From: an uncultured delta proteobacterium
GTDB taxonomy: Bacteria; Desulfobacterota; Binatia; Binatales; Binataceae
Direction of reading: 5' to 3'
NCBI GenBank assembly: GCA_963711565.1
Contig: CAVQEQ010000004.1
Location: 800,001-864,000 of the forward strand
Length of the DNA stretch: 64,000 nucleotides
The number at the start of each line of letters is the position of its first letter. Position 1 is the first letter of the stretch. The translations under genes and the position numbers were made by a program. Under the pieces are notes generated by a model, which worked only from the letters and a program-made list of their open reading frames with translations, ran no database searches and was not told where the DNA came from. Positions 28,284 to 38,193 of this stretch are shown piece after piece.

Positions 28284-28451
28284 CTACTTGCTCGCGGCGG
28301 CGCTGGTCGGAGTCGTGGCCGGCGGACGATTGTACACTGAGAATTGAGCAGTCGCGGCGTACAGCAGAATCCCGAGCAGGATTGCTGCCGTGAGAATATC
28401 CACGAAGCCGAGTTGCGTTGCGCCGCGCGCCATACGATTGAGTCGCCGCAT
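28284..28451 (-). CDS. Small single-TM protein (55 aa)
   Basis: AAGGAG RBS, basic N-terminus, hydrophobic helix. Confidence 0.55.
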   Translation of the reverse strand: MRRLNRMARGATQLGFVDILTAAILLGILLYAATAQFSVYNRPPATTPTSAAASK

Positions 28452-28474
28452 TCGTTCTCCTTCCCGTCTCACCA

Positions 28475-31396
28475 CTATACTCCGGCCGCCGTGCGCAAAG
28501 CCGAACGGACCTGGCGGCCGCGCTCGGGTAATCCGAACAAGCGCCGCAACTCGCGGCCGGTCTCGGACTTCTCGCACGCCGCGATGTCCAGCGGAGAACC
28601 TGTAGCCACGACGCGGCCGCCCTCGTCGCCGCCGCCCGGTCCGAGGTCGATTACGTAATCGGCGTTCGCGATGAACTCGAGGTTGTGCTCGATCACGACC
28701 AGCGTGTTGCCCTCGGTGACCAGCCGGTTGAGCACTTTGATCAGGCGCTTGATGTCGGTCGAGCTGAGGCCGGTGGTCGGCTCGTCGAGGATGAACATGC
28801 GCGGCAGATGCTTGCCGTCTTCGCCCGCCGGCGCGGGTTCGAGATCGGACAGCAGAAAGCGCGCGAGCTTGAGGCGCTGCGCCTCGCCGCCGGACAGCGT
28901 CGAGGTGGTTTGCCCAAGGCGAATGTAGCCGAGGCCGACCGCAATCAGAGCGTCGAGCCGCTTGACGATCGCGGGGTGATGGATGAAAAACGCGCGCGCG
29001 TCCTCGACGGTGAGATCGAGCACCTGGTTGATGCTGTAGTTGCGCAGTTTGATCGCGAGAATATGGCTCTGGAAGCGGCGGCCGTCGCACGCGTCGCATT
29101 TCACTTCGAGGTCCGCCATGAAATGCATCTCGATCGTGACGGTGCCGGTGCCGCTGCACTTTTCGCAGCGCCCGCCCGTGACGTTGAACGAAAAATGCCG
29201 CGCCTGCACGCCCAGCCGCCGCGCCTCGGGACTCGCGGCGAACAGCTTGCGGATTTCGTCGTAGATTTTCAGATAGGTTGCCGGATTCGAGCGCATCGAG
29301 CGCGTCGGCAATTCCTGCCCCATGTGCACCATCTCGCCGATCAGCTCGAGGCCGTCGATATGGTCACACTCGCCCGGCTCGGCCGAGGTGTTGCCCGAGC
29401 GGCGCAGATAATTGTTGTAGAGCACGTCCTCGACCAGCGTCGATTTTCCCGATCCGGAAACGCCCGTCACGCAAATCATGCGACCGGCCGGGAGGGCAAC
29501 GTCGAGGCCGGCGAGGTTGTGCTCGCGCGCGCCGACGATTCGAATCGCGGGATCGCGCTTGGAGAATTTGTGCTGCTTGGCAATCGCGCGCATCAGCAGC
29601 ACGCGTCCCGGCGACGACGCCATGCTGTCGAGCGTCGCCTTCGCCGGCGGCCCCGAGTAGGTCAGCTCGCCGCCTTCGCTGCCGCCGCCGGGACCAAGCT
29701 CGACGACGTGATCGGCGCCCGCGATCATCGCGGGATCGTGTTCGACGACGACCACCGTGTTGCCGAAGTCGCGCAGGCTGTAGAGCACCGCGAGCAACCG
29801 CCGCGCGTCCGCCGCGTGCAGTCCGACAGTAGGCTCGTCGAGCGCATACAGCGTCCCGACCAGCACGCTGCCGAGCGCGCTCGCGAGATGAATTCGCTGC
29901 GCCTCGCCGCCCGACAGCGTGCGCGCCTGCCGCTCGACGGTCAGGTAGCCGAGGCCGACCTCGACCAGGTAGCTGACGCGATTGCGCAGTTCGCGCATTA
30001 CGACCGCCGCGCGCGTCGCGACTTCGGGGATCGATTGGATCTTGTCGAGCCACGCGACGAGGTCGCGAATCGCGAGCCGTCCGATGTCGGCGATCGAACG
30101 GCCGTCCACCAGCACGTTGAGCGCCTCGGCCTTCAGCTTGGCGCCGCCGCATGCGGGACAGGTGACGAAGCGGCGATACTTCGCGAGCAGAATCCGCACG
30201 TGAGTCTTGTAGCGCCGGCCTTCGAGCCACTTGAAGAAGCCGCGCACGCCCGGCCACTTGTCTTCGTCCCACTTCGCGCGCGGACCCTCGTCGCCGTCGA
30301 GCAGCCAGGTGCGCTCCTCGTCGGTCATCTCGCGAAACGGCGCCGACGCGCGGATTTTCCTGCGCCGCGCCAGCTTCAGCATCCACTCGTTCATCTCGCG
30401 ATAGGCCGGCGTGCGCCACGGCGCGACGAGCCCGTTGCGCATCGAGCGGCTGTGATCCGGAATCACCTTGTCGAGATCGAGCTCGACGGTGCGGCCGAAG
30501 CCTTCGCATTCGGGACACGCGCCGATTGGGCTGTTGGAGGAAAACAGCGCTGTGGTCGGCTCGGCAAATGCGGTGGCGCAGCGCGAGCAGTTGAAGCGAC
30601 GGTCGAAATCGAGCGCGCCGACGCTATGTGTGTTGCCGTTGTCGCGCTCGACGCGCACGGCGCGCGCGCGCCCGCCGCCCAGGTAAAAAGCCTTCTCGAG
30701 CGCCTCGCGCACGCGCTCGATCTCGCCTTCGCCGCCGCTGACCGAGATGCGATCGACGACGACCATCATCGTGCTGTCAATCGGCGGCTGCTGCGATGTC
30801 CCGTTCTGCGCTTCAGCCGCGATCGCGCGCGCGGCGAGTTCCGCGGTTTCTGTGATCGCATCGTTGGCATAGATGCGATGGTATCCGTTCTGAATCAGGT
30901 AGCCGGCCGCGTCGGGGATCGAGCGCGAACCCGCCTCGAACGGCGCGAGGATAACGTAGAGTCCGGGTGCCGCGAGGATTTGCGCGCCGGCACTCTCGAC
31001 GCTGTCGCGGCTGACCTCGCCGCCGCACTTCGGACAAACGGTGCGTCCGACCGTCGCGAACAGCAGCCGCAGGTAGTCGCTGATTTCGGTGACGGTGCCG
31101 ACCGTCGAGCGCGCATTCTTGATGGTGTTTTTCTGGCGCAGCGCGAGCGCCGGCGGAATCTCGGAAATCGAATCGACGTCCGGCCGTTCCATCCGTTCCA
31201 GGAACAGCCGCGCATACGTCGAGAGGCTCTGCACGTAGCGCCGCTGCCCCTCGGCATAAACGGTGTCGAAGACGAGACTCGACTTGCCCGAGCCGGAGAC
31301 GCCGGTGACGACGGTCAGTTTGTCGCGGGGAATTTCGAGCGAAATATCAGCCAGGTTATGAGTGCGCGCGCCCCGGATACTGATTGAGCGATCCAA
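28475..31396 (-). CDS. uvrA: Excinuclease ABC subunit A family
   Basis: Two GVSGSGKS Walker A motifs, two LSGGEAQR, two LDEPT, zinc-finger CxxC pairs. Confidence 0.9.
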   Translation of the reverse strand: MDRSISIRGARTHNLADISLEIPRDKLTVVTGVSGSGKSSLVFDTVYAEGQRRYVQSLSTYARLFLERMERPDVDSISEIPPALALRQKNTIKNARSTVGTVTEISDYLRLLFATVGRTVCPKCGGEVSRDSVESAGAQILAAPGLYVILAPFEAGSRSIPDAAGYLIQNGYHRIYANDAITETAELAARAIAAEAQNGTSQQPPIDSTMMVVVDRISVSGGEGEIERVREALEKAFYLGGGRARAVRVERDNGNTHSVGALDFDRRFNCSRCATAFAEPTTALFSSNSPIGACPECEGFGRTVELDLDKVIPDHSRSMRNGLVAPWRTPAYREMNEWMLKLARRRKIRASAPFREMTDEERTWLLDGDEGPRAKWDEDKWPGVRGFFKWLEGRRYKTHVRILLAKYRRFVTCPACGGAKLKAEALNVLVDGRSIADIGRLAIRDLVAWLDKIQSIPEVATRAAVVMRELRNRVSYLVEVGLGYLTVERQARTLSGGEAQRIHLASALGSVLVGTLYALDEPTVGLHAADARRLLAVLYSLRDFGNTVVVVEHDPAMIAGADHVVELGPGGGSEGGELTYSGPPAKATLDSMASSPGRVLLMRAIAKQHKFSKRDPAIRIVGAREHNLAGLDVALPAGRMICVTGVSGSGKSTLVEDVLYNNYLRRSGNTSAEPGECDHIDGLELIGEMVHMGQELPTRSMRSNPATYLKIYDEIRKLFAASPEARRLGVQARHFSFNVTGGRCEKCSGTGTVTIEMHFMADLEVKCDACDGRRFQSHILAIKLRNYSINQVLDLTVEDARAFFIHHPAIVKRLDALIAVGLGYIRLGQTTSTLSGGEAQRLKLARFLLSDLEPAPAGEDGKHLPRMFILDEPTTGLSSTDIKRLIKVLNRLVTEGNTLVVIEHNLEFIANADYVIDLGPGGGDEGGRVVATGSPLDIAACEKSETGRELRRLFGLPERGRQVRSALRTAAGV

Positions 31397-31412
31397 GCTT
31401 GCTCCCAGCTGC

Positions 31413-31634
31413 TTACCGCGGGTCTGCGATCGGGCGCGCTTTTTTCTTGCGCTCGCCCGGATATTCGTCGGCCACTTTTGCGTACAACTCGGCGAGCTGG
31501 ACGTCGAACTTCGCCTGGATGCGCCGGGTTTCGGCTTCGCGTTCGGCCGTCGGGAGTGGAGCGAGCTTGCCCAGCTCCTCTTCGAGCCGTTGCATCAGGC
31601 GATTTCGCGCCACGAGGTATTCGTATCCGTTCAT
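31413..31634 (-). CDS. Small helical hypothetical protein
   Basis: GAGG upstream of ATG 31634. Typical codon usage. Co-oriented with uvrA. Confidence 0.6.
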   Translation of the reverse strand: MNGYEYLVARNRLMQRLEEELGKLAPLPTAEREAETRRIQAKFDVQLAELYAKVADEYPGERKKKARPIADPR

Positions 31635-31725
31635 AGGCGCCAAAACCTCAAAGTTCAAAGATCAGAATTATATGTTATCCTGCAACGAGCGAACAGCCCG
31701 GCGCCTCGCCGCCGAGCGCGCAGAT

Positions 31726-32514
31726 GTGGATATCCATATTGAATTATCATCCGAATCGCGCGTCGAAATTCTTCGCGCGTGGCCCGATGTCTCCATCTGC
31801 CACGGCTTCATCGGGCGCGTTGGCGGCGTCAGCACGGGCGCGTTCGCCGCGATGAATCTTTCGTATTGGGTTGGCGATGACGAACGCGCTGTCGATACGA
31901 ACTGGCAGCGCCTACGTCGCGAGGTGCCGGCGCTCGAGATCGTCGCGCGGTTGAACCAGGTGCATGGCAATGTCGTTCACGCGGCGACTCGTGATACTGC
32001 AGGACTGCGGCCGGCGGGTGATGGGATTGTCACGGCAGAGCCCGGCGTGATGCTCGGAATATTTACGGCCGATTGCGTGCCGATATTGATGGTCGATGCG
32101 AAACGCAGAATAGCCGGCGCGTTGCATGCCGGATGGCGCGGCGTTATCGCGGACATCGCTCGCGTGGGCGTCCACGCGATGGTCCAGCTTGGTGCTCGCG
32201 CGTCGGACATTCGCGCGGCGATGGGTCCGTCGATCGGTCCATGCTGTTTCGAGGTTGATGCTCAGCTTGGCGAGCGATTCGGCAATGAGATCGAGGGCGC
32301 GCGGAATCATACGAGGGCAGGGCGTCCCGGCAAGGCGTTCATCGACTTGCGCGCTATCGTGCACGACCAGCTTGAGAGGGCGGGACTCGCGGCTGCGAAT
32401 ATCGCGAGCGTCGGCCCATGCACTCGATGCGGCTCCGATCGGTTTTTCTCGCGGCGCGCAGCTGGCGGCAAGACTACAGGCTTGCAGATGAGCTTTGTCG
32501 GCTTCTCCGCATAG
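31726..32514 (+). CDS. pgeF: PgeF/YfiH purine nucleoside phosphorylase family (start approximate)
   Basis: QVHG, TADCVPIL, HAGWRG, GPSIGPCCFEV, CT..FFSRR. Confidence 0.9.
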   Translation: MDIHIELSSESRVEILRAWPDVSICHGFIGRVGGVSTGAFAAMNLSYWVGDDERAVDTNWQRLRREVPALEIVARLNQVHGNVVHAATRDTAGLRPAGDGIVTAEPGVMLGIFTADCVPILMVDAKRRIAGALHAGWRGVIADIARVGVHAMVQLGARASDIRAAMGPSIGPCCFEVDAQLGERFGNEIEGARNHTRAGRPGKAFIDLRAIVHDQLERAGLAAANIASVGPCTRCGSDRFFSRRAAGGKTTGLQMSFVGFSA

Positions 32515-32518
32515 CAGT

Positions 32519-32677
32519 ATGCCGCAACGCAAAGTAAAGAAGCATCGCGCGGGTGGGTTGATCGCGAAAATCCGCAAGCCGATGGCGCCGCCGTCGAAAA
32601 CGATCGAAGACCCTACCAAGTACAAGCGCGAGCGCGAGCTGGAAAAACTCCGCCGCGAGAGAGATTCAAATGAGTAA
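32519..32677 (+). CDS. Small highly basic protein (52 aa)
   Basis: Starts 4 nt after the pgeF stop. KIRKPMAPPSKTIEDPTKYKRER. Confidence 0.6.
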   Translation: MPQRKVKKHRAGGLIAKIRKPMAPPSKTIEDPTKYKRERELEKLRRERDSNE

Positions 32678-32723
32678 TGTGCGCGTTGGAACGGAGGCGG
32701 AATCTTGGTCGCTCTCTCTCTTG

Positions 32724-33014
32724 TGTCATCCTGACCAAGCAAGCAACGCGAAGGATTGCGGACAGCGGCGCACGACCTTCTGTCATCCTGACAAAGCGAG
32801 CGACGCGAGCGGCAGGAAGGATCTCGGACAGCGGGGCGCAAGCGCCGCCGGTTCCGGTTTTGCGTTGCTGCATCCGATGAGAATCTGGCGGCTCGCACGA
32901 CGATATCAGGAGAGGAGCGCTGCGCGATTCTCAGAAACCGGTGCCGGCTTCGCTGACGCGAAGCTGTCCGAGATCCTTCCTGCCGCTCGCGTTGCTCGCT
33001 TCGTCAGGATGACA
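32724..33014. repeat. Palindromic MITE/REP-like element (32781-33014) plus a partial extra left arm (32724-32766)
   Basis: 52-bp near-perfect inverted arms TGTCATCCTGAC...GGACAGC (32781-32832) and GCTGTCC...GTCAGGATGACA (32963-33014). Confidence 0.85.
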
Positions 33015-33091
33015 AACTGGCGGTTGCTCGCTTCGGCGACAATATCGGGATCACGCGCGCTTCCTCTTACACGGAGAGGAGACCGACGCTG

Positions 33092-34198
33092 ATGCCCACA
33101 CCCATCACCGGACAGATTCGCGTTGGACTTATCGGCGCCGGGCTTATCGGCCAGTTGCATTCGATGATGATCCGCTACGTCGCCGACCGCACCGAGCAGA
33201 GCGCGCGCGTCGTGTCGGTCGCCGACGTGTCGCATCGCGCGGCGGAACAGCTCGCGGCAAGATGGCAGGGCGCGCGCGCTTTCGAATCGGCCGAAGAGAT
33301 AATCGCGGATCCGTCGATCGACGCGGTGTGGATCTGCACGCCGACCGCGATGCATCGCCAGATCTGTATCGCTGCCGCGCGCGCCGGCAAGCATGTTTTC
33401 TGCGAGAAGCCGCTCGCGATGACCGCGGCGGAAGCATCCGAGATGGCAGCCGCGATCAAAGCGTCGGACGTGGTGAGCCAAGTCGGCCTCGTGCTGCGAT
33501 TTTCGCCGGTGTACAACGTCGTCAAGGCGATGTTCGAGGAGGATGGCGTCGGCAAGCTGCTTAGCGTCGCGATGCGCGACGATCAGGACTTTCCGATTCG
33601 CGGTTCGCATGCGAGCGCGTGGCGCAACGACCCGTCGCTGACCGCGGGCGGCACGTTGATCGAGCATAGCGTGCACGACTTCGACTTGTTGACGTGGATG
33701 TTTGGTTCCGTCACGAGCCTCTACTGCCGCACGCGCAACGTGAACGGCGCCGACGGAGTCGAGGACTTCGGCGCGACCTCGATGGAATTTGCAGGCGGCT
33801 GGCACGGCCAGCTCACGTCGATTTGGCATCGGATGACCGCGCGCGCGAGCAATCGCAGGCTTGAAGTTTTCGCCGAGAACTTGTTTGCTGCGTCCGACGC
33901 CGATACGCTCGGTCCGATCGTTTTTCAGCGCGGGTCCGGCGCCCAGGAAGAGACGATTGCGGCCGACGTTGTGATGGCGAAGTACACCGAGAAGATTTTG
34001 CGCGAGCGTCCGTACCTCGCACCGATGAAGGATCGCCTCACGATTCCGTACGCCGCCGAGGATGCGACCTTTATTGCCGCGCTCAAGGGACTGTGTGAAC
34101 CTGATCCGGAATTTGCGGCGGGAGTGGCGGCGCAGCGTATAGTGGAGGCGGCTTACGAGTCGGCGCGAACGGGCGAATCGGTGCAAGTCAAAAGTTAA
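33092..34198 (+). CDS. Gfo/Idh/MocA oxidoreductase
   Basis: GLIGAGLIG, HVFCEKPLA, GGTLIEHSVHDFD. Confidence 0.9.
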   Translation: MPTPITGQIRVGLIGAGLIGQLHSMMIRYVADRTEQSARVVSVADVSHRAAEQLAARWQGARAFESAEEIIADPSIDAVWICTPTAMHRQICIAAARAGKHVFCEKPLAMTAAEASEMAAAIKASDVVSQVGLVLRFSPVYNVVKAMFEEDGVGKLLSVAMRDDQDFPIRGSHASAWRNDPSLTAGGTLIEHSVHDFDLLTWMFGSVTSLYCRTRNVNGADGVEDFGATSMEFAGGWHGQLTSIWHRMTARASNRRLEVFAENLFAASDADTLGPIVFQRGSGAQEETIAADVVMAKYTEKILRERPYLAPMKDRLTIPYAAEDATFIAALKGLCEPDPEFAAGVAAQRIVEAAYESARTGESVQVKS

Positions 34199-34231
34199 AG
34201 CGTTACTTTAAACGAGGATGCGGGCCAGTTC

Positions 34232-35341
34232 ATGATCGATTTTGAACTCAGCGAAGAACAACAGATGATCCGCGACAGCGTCGGGGCGTTCGCGCGCGAG
34301 AAGATTCGTCCCGCTGCGCGGTCCGCCGACGAAAGCGGCGCGATTCCCGCGGCGATTGTCGCGGAGGCGTGGCAGTTCGGATTCGTCAGCGGCGCGATCC
34401 CGGAGAAATTCGGCGGCGGCGGTGACGTGCGCTCGGCGGTGACCGGCGCGATCGTCGCGGAGGAGCTCGGCTTCGGCGACATCTCGATTGCGCTGCACGT
34501 GCTGGCGCCGCGGCTGTTCGCGTTTCCGATCGTCGAGATGGGCACCGACGAGCAGCGCGCGAAATACTTGAAGCGATTCGCCGGCGCCGATTTTGCCGCC
34601 GCGACCGCGGCCGTGATGGAGCCGCGCTTCGATTTCGATCTCTCCGCGCAGCAAGTCTCGGCCAAACGCGACGGTGCGGGATACGTCCTGAACGGCGGCA
34701 AGTGTTACGTGCCGCTCGCGGCCGAGTCCGACTCTATACTCGTCTATGCGGCGACTGATGCGTCTAAAGGTTTTGCGGGTGTGGACGGTTTTATCGTTCC
34801 GCGCGGCGCGGCGGGCCTGACGATTTCCGAGCGCGAGAAGAACATGGGCCTCAAGCCGCTCGCGACGTACGAGTTGACGCTGAAGGATTGCCGCGTCGCC
34901 GCCGATGCGCGACTCGGCGGTGACAAGGGAATCGATTTCTCGCGCCTGATGAGCGAGTCGCGAGTCGCGTTCGCCGCGATGGGCGTGGGCGTGATGAATG
35001 CGGCGTTCGAGTACGCGCGCGACTACGCGAAGGAGCGCAAGGCGTTCGGTGTGCCAATCGCGACCAAGCAGGCGATCGCGTTTATCCTCGCCGACATGGC
35101 GATCGAGATCGACGCGGCGCGCCTGCTGGTGTGGGAGGCGGCCTATGAGCTCGACAAGGGCCGCGATGCGCTGAAGGCAAGTTACCTCGCGAAGAATTAT
35201 GTTGCGAATAGCGCGCTCAAGGTGACGGACAACGGCGTGCAGGTGCTGGGCGGCCACGGCTACATCCGCGAGCATCCGGTCGAGATGTGGCTGCGCAACG
35301 CGCGCGGATTTTCCGCAATCGAAGGAATCGCAACGGTCTAA
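34232..35341 (+). CDS. Acyl-CoA dehydrogenase
   Basis: MEP, LNGGK, MGLK, RKAFG..Q, QVLGGHGYIREHPVE. Confidence 0.9.
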   Translation: MIDFELSEEQQMIRDSVGAFAREKIRPAARSADESGAIPAAIVAEAWQFGFVSGAIPEKFGGGGDVRSAVTGAIVAEELGFGDISIALHVLAPRLFAFPIVEMGTDEQRAKYLKRFAGADFAAATAAVMEPRFDFDLSAQQVSAKRDGAGYVLNGGKCYVPLAAESDSILVYAATDASKGFAGVDGFIVPRGAAGLTISEREKNMGLKPLATYELTLKDCRVAADARLGGDKGIDFSRLMSESRVAFAAMGVGVMNAAFEYARDYAKERKAFGVPIATKQAIAFILADMAIEIDAARLLVWEAAYELDKGRDALKASYLAKNYVANSALKVTDNGVQVLGGHGYIREHPVEMWLRNARGFSAIEGIATV

Positions 35342-35364
35342 TTGGCCGCGACGGAGATAAAATC

Positions 35365-36597
35365 ATGATCGATTTTGAACTCGAACCAACAATTCTGAGC
35401 CGGCTGCAAATGTTCCACGCCGTTTCGGAGCACATGATGCGTCCCATCTCGCGCGATTGCGACGAGCATGAGCACACCAAGCCGACCCAGTTCTACGAGT
35501 CGATGTGGTCGGCGTCAGCCGCGGCCGATATCCAGGTCGGCAACGACCGGAGCAAGAAGGCCGACGGCGCGGCAGCATCGGCGCCTCGACGCGCCAACCT
35601 GATGACCGTGCTCAGCACCGAGGAGTTGTGCTGGGGCGACGCCGGGCTGTACCTGTCGACGCCCAACTCGGGACTCGGCGGCGCGGCGGTGATGGCGGCG
35701 GGAACGCCCGAGCAGAAGGAGCGCTTTCTCAAGCGCTTCAAGGAAGGTAAGCCGAAGTGGGGCGCGATGGCGATTACCGAGCCCAGCTTCGGTTCCGATT
35801 CGTCGCAGGTCACGACCACCGCGACTCGCGACGGCGACCATTGGGTGATCAACGGCACCAAGATTTTCTGCACCGCCGGCGAGATGGCGGCCGAGAAGTC
35901 CGACGGCTTCGTCGTCGTGTGGGCGACGGTCGATAAGAGCGCGGGACGCCCCGGCATCAAGCCGTTCGTCGTCGAGCACAACACACCCGGCATGACGGTG
36001 GCGAGAGTCGAGAACAAACTCGGCATCCGCGCGTCCGACACTGCGGCGCTAATCTTCGACAATTGCCGGATTCCGCTGGACGCTCTGCTCGGCAGCGCCG
36101 AGGTGCGCAAGGAGGGCGGCTTCAAGGACGTGATGGCGACCTTCGACGCGACGCGGCCGATCGTTGCTGCGATGGCGATTGGAGTAGGGCGCGCGGCGCT
36201 CGACTTCGTGCGCGACTTTCTCAAGCAGCAGAACGTGCCCGTCCGCTACGGTATCTCGCCGCGGCGTCTGACCGCCGTCGAGCGCGATTTCATGGAGATG
36301 GAAGTGCAACTGCAAGCTGCGCGGCTGCTCACGTGGCGGGCGGCGTGGATGCTCGATACGGGCAAGCGCAACAGCCTCGAGGCCTCGATGGCGAAGGCGA
36401 AGGCGGGACTCGCTGTTACGCTGATCACACAGAAGGCGGTCGAGTTGCTCGGGCCGTTAGGCTACTCGCGCAAAATACTGGTCGAGAAGTGGATGCGCGA
36501 TGCGAAGATCAACGACATCTTCGAGGGCACGCAGCAGATCAACATGATAATTATCGCGCGCCGAATCCTGAACTACAGCAGCAAGGAATTGAATTAA
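35365..36597 (+). CDS. Acyl-CoA dehydrogenase
   Basis: AITEPSFGSD, INGTKIF, KLGIRASDT, EKWMRDAKINDIFEGTQQI. GGAGA RBS. Confidence 0.9.
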   Translation: MIDFELEPTILSRLQMFHAVSEHMMRPISRDCDEHEHTKPTQFYESMWSASAAADIQVGNDRSKKADGAAASAPRRANLMTVLSTEELCWGDAGLYLSTPNSGLGGAAVMAAGTPEQKERFLKRFKEGKPKWGAMAITEPSFGSDSSQVTTTATRDGDHWVINGTKIFCTAGEMAAEKSDGFVVVWATVDKSAGRPGIKPFVVEHNTPGMTVARVENKLGIRASDTAALIFDNCRIPLDALLGSAEVRKEGGFKDVMATFDATRPIVAAMAIGVGRAALDFVRDFLKQQNVPVRYGISPRRLTAVERDFMEMEVQLQAARLLTWRAAWMLDTGKRNSLEASMAKAKAGLAVTLITQKAVELLGPLGYSRKILVEKWMRDAKINDIFEGTQQINMIIIARRILNYSSKELN

Positions 36598-36621
36598 AAT
36601 GCGAGGCTCCACGCCCCGCAT

Positions 36622-37194
36622 TTAGTAGAACCACTTGCCGTTGTCCCAGCGGAAAATTTCCGTGGTGTGGGTGTCGCTGACGGTCTTGGGCGCCGCGTGC
36701 CGGGCCTCGTCCTCTGACTTGCCGACGATGTAGTAGACGAATTCCTCGTACGAGATCTTTCCGATCGAATAGCCGTCTTTGGACTGATGCGATTCGCACT
36801 CGGCTATCTTGCCGTAGCCGGTGTAGGTCGCGGTCTCGAAACCTTCTTTCAGGACGAACTGCAAATTCGACAGATTATTAACCTCGCGGTCGTGCAAATC
36901 CTGCCCCCAATGTTTGCAAAAGTCCGGAAACAGTGCCGATGCCTTCTTAAATTCGATGTCGCGCTTGATCCGGTCGGGCGTGATCTTCGCAATCAGTTTT
37001 TTGACCTCTTGCCGCAGGGTCTTCTTCGCCGCCGGTGAAGCCATTGCCCCCGGAACTGCCGCGCTATCGGATGCTGGAGCGGATGATACCTCCGCACCCT
37101 CTTGCGGTTGCGCGCGCCCCGGCGACGCCACCAGCATCGCCGCCAATGCGAACGCCGCGACCGCTCCAATACCCATCGTTCGTATAAACGTCAT
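36622..37194 (-). CDS. Hypothetical secreted protein (start uncertain)
   Basis: Signal-peptide-like segment ending GRA|Q, then a two-Cys globular domain. Confidence 0.6.
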   Translation of the reverse strand: MTFIRTMGIGAVAAFALAAMLVASPGRAQPQEGAEVSSAPASDSAAVPGAMASPAAKKTLRQEVKKLIAKITPDRIKRDIEFKKASALFPDFCKHWGQDLHDREVNNLSNLQFVLKEGFETATYTGYGKIAECESHQSKDGYSIGKISYEEFVYYIVGKSEDEARHAAPKTVSDTHTTEIFRWDNGKWFY

Positions 37195-37258
37195 AGCGAT
37201 GGACTCTATAGCAAAAATCAGCGTCATCGTCAGCCTTTCGCAAAGAGAGGTGTCGCGC

Positions 37259-37294
37259 AAAAAAAGGCCGCAGCCCCATAACGGGACTGCGGCC
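37259..37294 (-). terminator. Intrinsic terminator of OmpA copy E
   Basis: GGCCGCAGTCCC/GGGGCTGCGGCC stem plus T7 on the minus strand. Confidence 0.85.
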
Positions 37295-37323
37295 GGTTGT
37301 GGACGTTGCAATCGCGGTCCGGC

Positions 37324-38004
37324 TTACTGTTCGGGCACCAGTTCGACGCGGCGGTTCTGAGCGCGGCCCTCAGCCGTTCTGTTGGTCGCGACGAAGCCGG
37401 TCTTGCCGTAGCCGTGCACCCTCAACTGGAGCACGTTGATTCCGCCGTTCATCAGGTAATTCGCAACGGCGTTGGCTCGATACTCGGAGAGCCTCTTGTT
37501 GTATGCGTCGTTGCCGATCCAGTCGCAGTAACCGTTCACGTTGATCACGGTGTTCGGATTGGCCTTTAGAGTAGGAATGGCTTCATCCAGCACGGCCGCA
37601 TCGCCCGGACGGATGATCGCCTTGTTGAAGTCGAAATGCACTCCGCGCAGCACCAGCTTCGGCGGTGGTGGAGGAGGTGGTGGCGGCGGTGGCGGAGGCG
37701 GCGGTGGAGGAGGTGGTGGCGGCGGCGGTGGCGGCGGATTCGGCGCCAGCAGGTAACCGATCGTGCCGCCGATTAGCGCGCCCCCGACGACTCCCACAGG
37801 ACAACCGATCTCATAGCCCTTGCCGGTACCGCTTAGTCCCGCGGCAAGTCCGCATCCCAGGCCTGCGCCGGCAATTGCGCCGTCAACCGATCCCCACCCC
37901 GCGTAGTATTTCTGCTCTGGCGTCCACGACGCGCATGACGAAGCCGTAAATAAAACGACAATCGCAAGTGCGCCTACCCAACTTTTCCGCTTATGCACTA
38001 GCAC
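37324..38004 (-). CDS. OmpA-domain lipoprotein E: glycine zipper, Pro26 linker (most diverged C-terminal domain)
   Basis: Lipobox ASSC, VHFDFNK, GYCD, LSEYRA, RAQNRRVEL. True start may be GTG 37998. Confidence 0.9.
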   Translation of the reverse strand: MLVHKRKSWVGALAIVVLFTASSCASWTPEQKYYAGWGSVDGAIAGAGLGCGLAAGLSGTGKGYEIGCPVGVVGGALIGGTIGYLLAPNPPPPPPPPPPPPPPPPPPPPPPPPPPKLVLRGVHFDFNKAIIRPGDAAVLDEAIPTLKANPNTVINVNGYCDWIGNDAYNKRLSEYRANAVANYLMNGGINVLQLRVHGYGKTGFVATNRTAEGRAQNRRVELVPEQ

Positions 38005-38045
38005 CCCTCCCTGGGATTCAAGCCGTTCCAGAATTTAGCACCCGA

Positions 38046-38124
38046 ATTGTGTCATTTTTGGGTATCTAGGTCTATTAGCGGACGAAGCGATTACCTAACA
38101 CGGGATTCGTAACCGTTCGTTCAC
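38046..38124 (-). promoter_or_regulatory. Sigma70-type promoter plus upstream direct-repeat box (copy E)
   Basis: TAGACC-17-CACAAT, and GTGAA-N6-GTTAC about 35 bp upstream of the -35. Conserved in four intergenic regions. Confidence 0.65.
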
Positions 38125-38127
38125 CAG

Positions 38128-38165
38128 AAAAAAGCGGCCGCAGCCCCTCGAGGGGACTGCGGCCG
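38128..38165 (-). terminator. Intrinsic terminator of OmpA copy D
   Basis: Same stem family as 37259-37294, plus a T-tract. Confidence 0.85.
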
Positions 38166-38193
38166 GTTACAAGCGTGTCAGTTCTGTTCCGAC

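Noticed and set aside
28685-31387. 900-aa + strand ORF and similar long ORFs (51321-53234, 43789-44874, 47012-48265)
   Set aside because: Antisense to uvrA, ftsK, uvrB and the glycoside hydrolase. Expected in high-GC DNA and without recognisable motifs.
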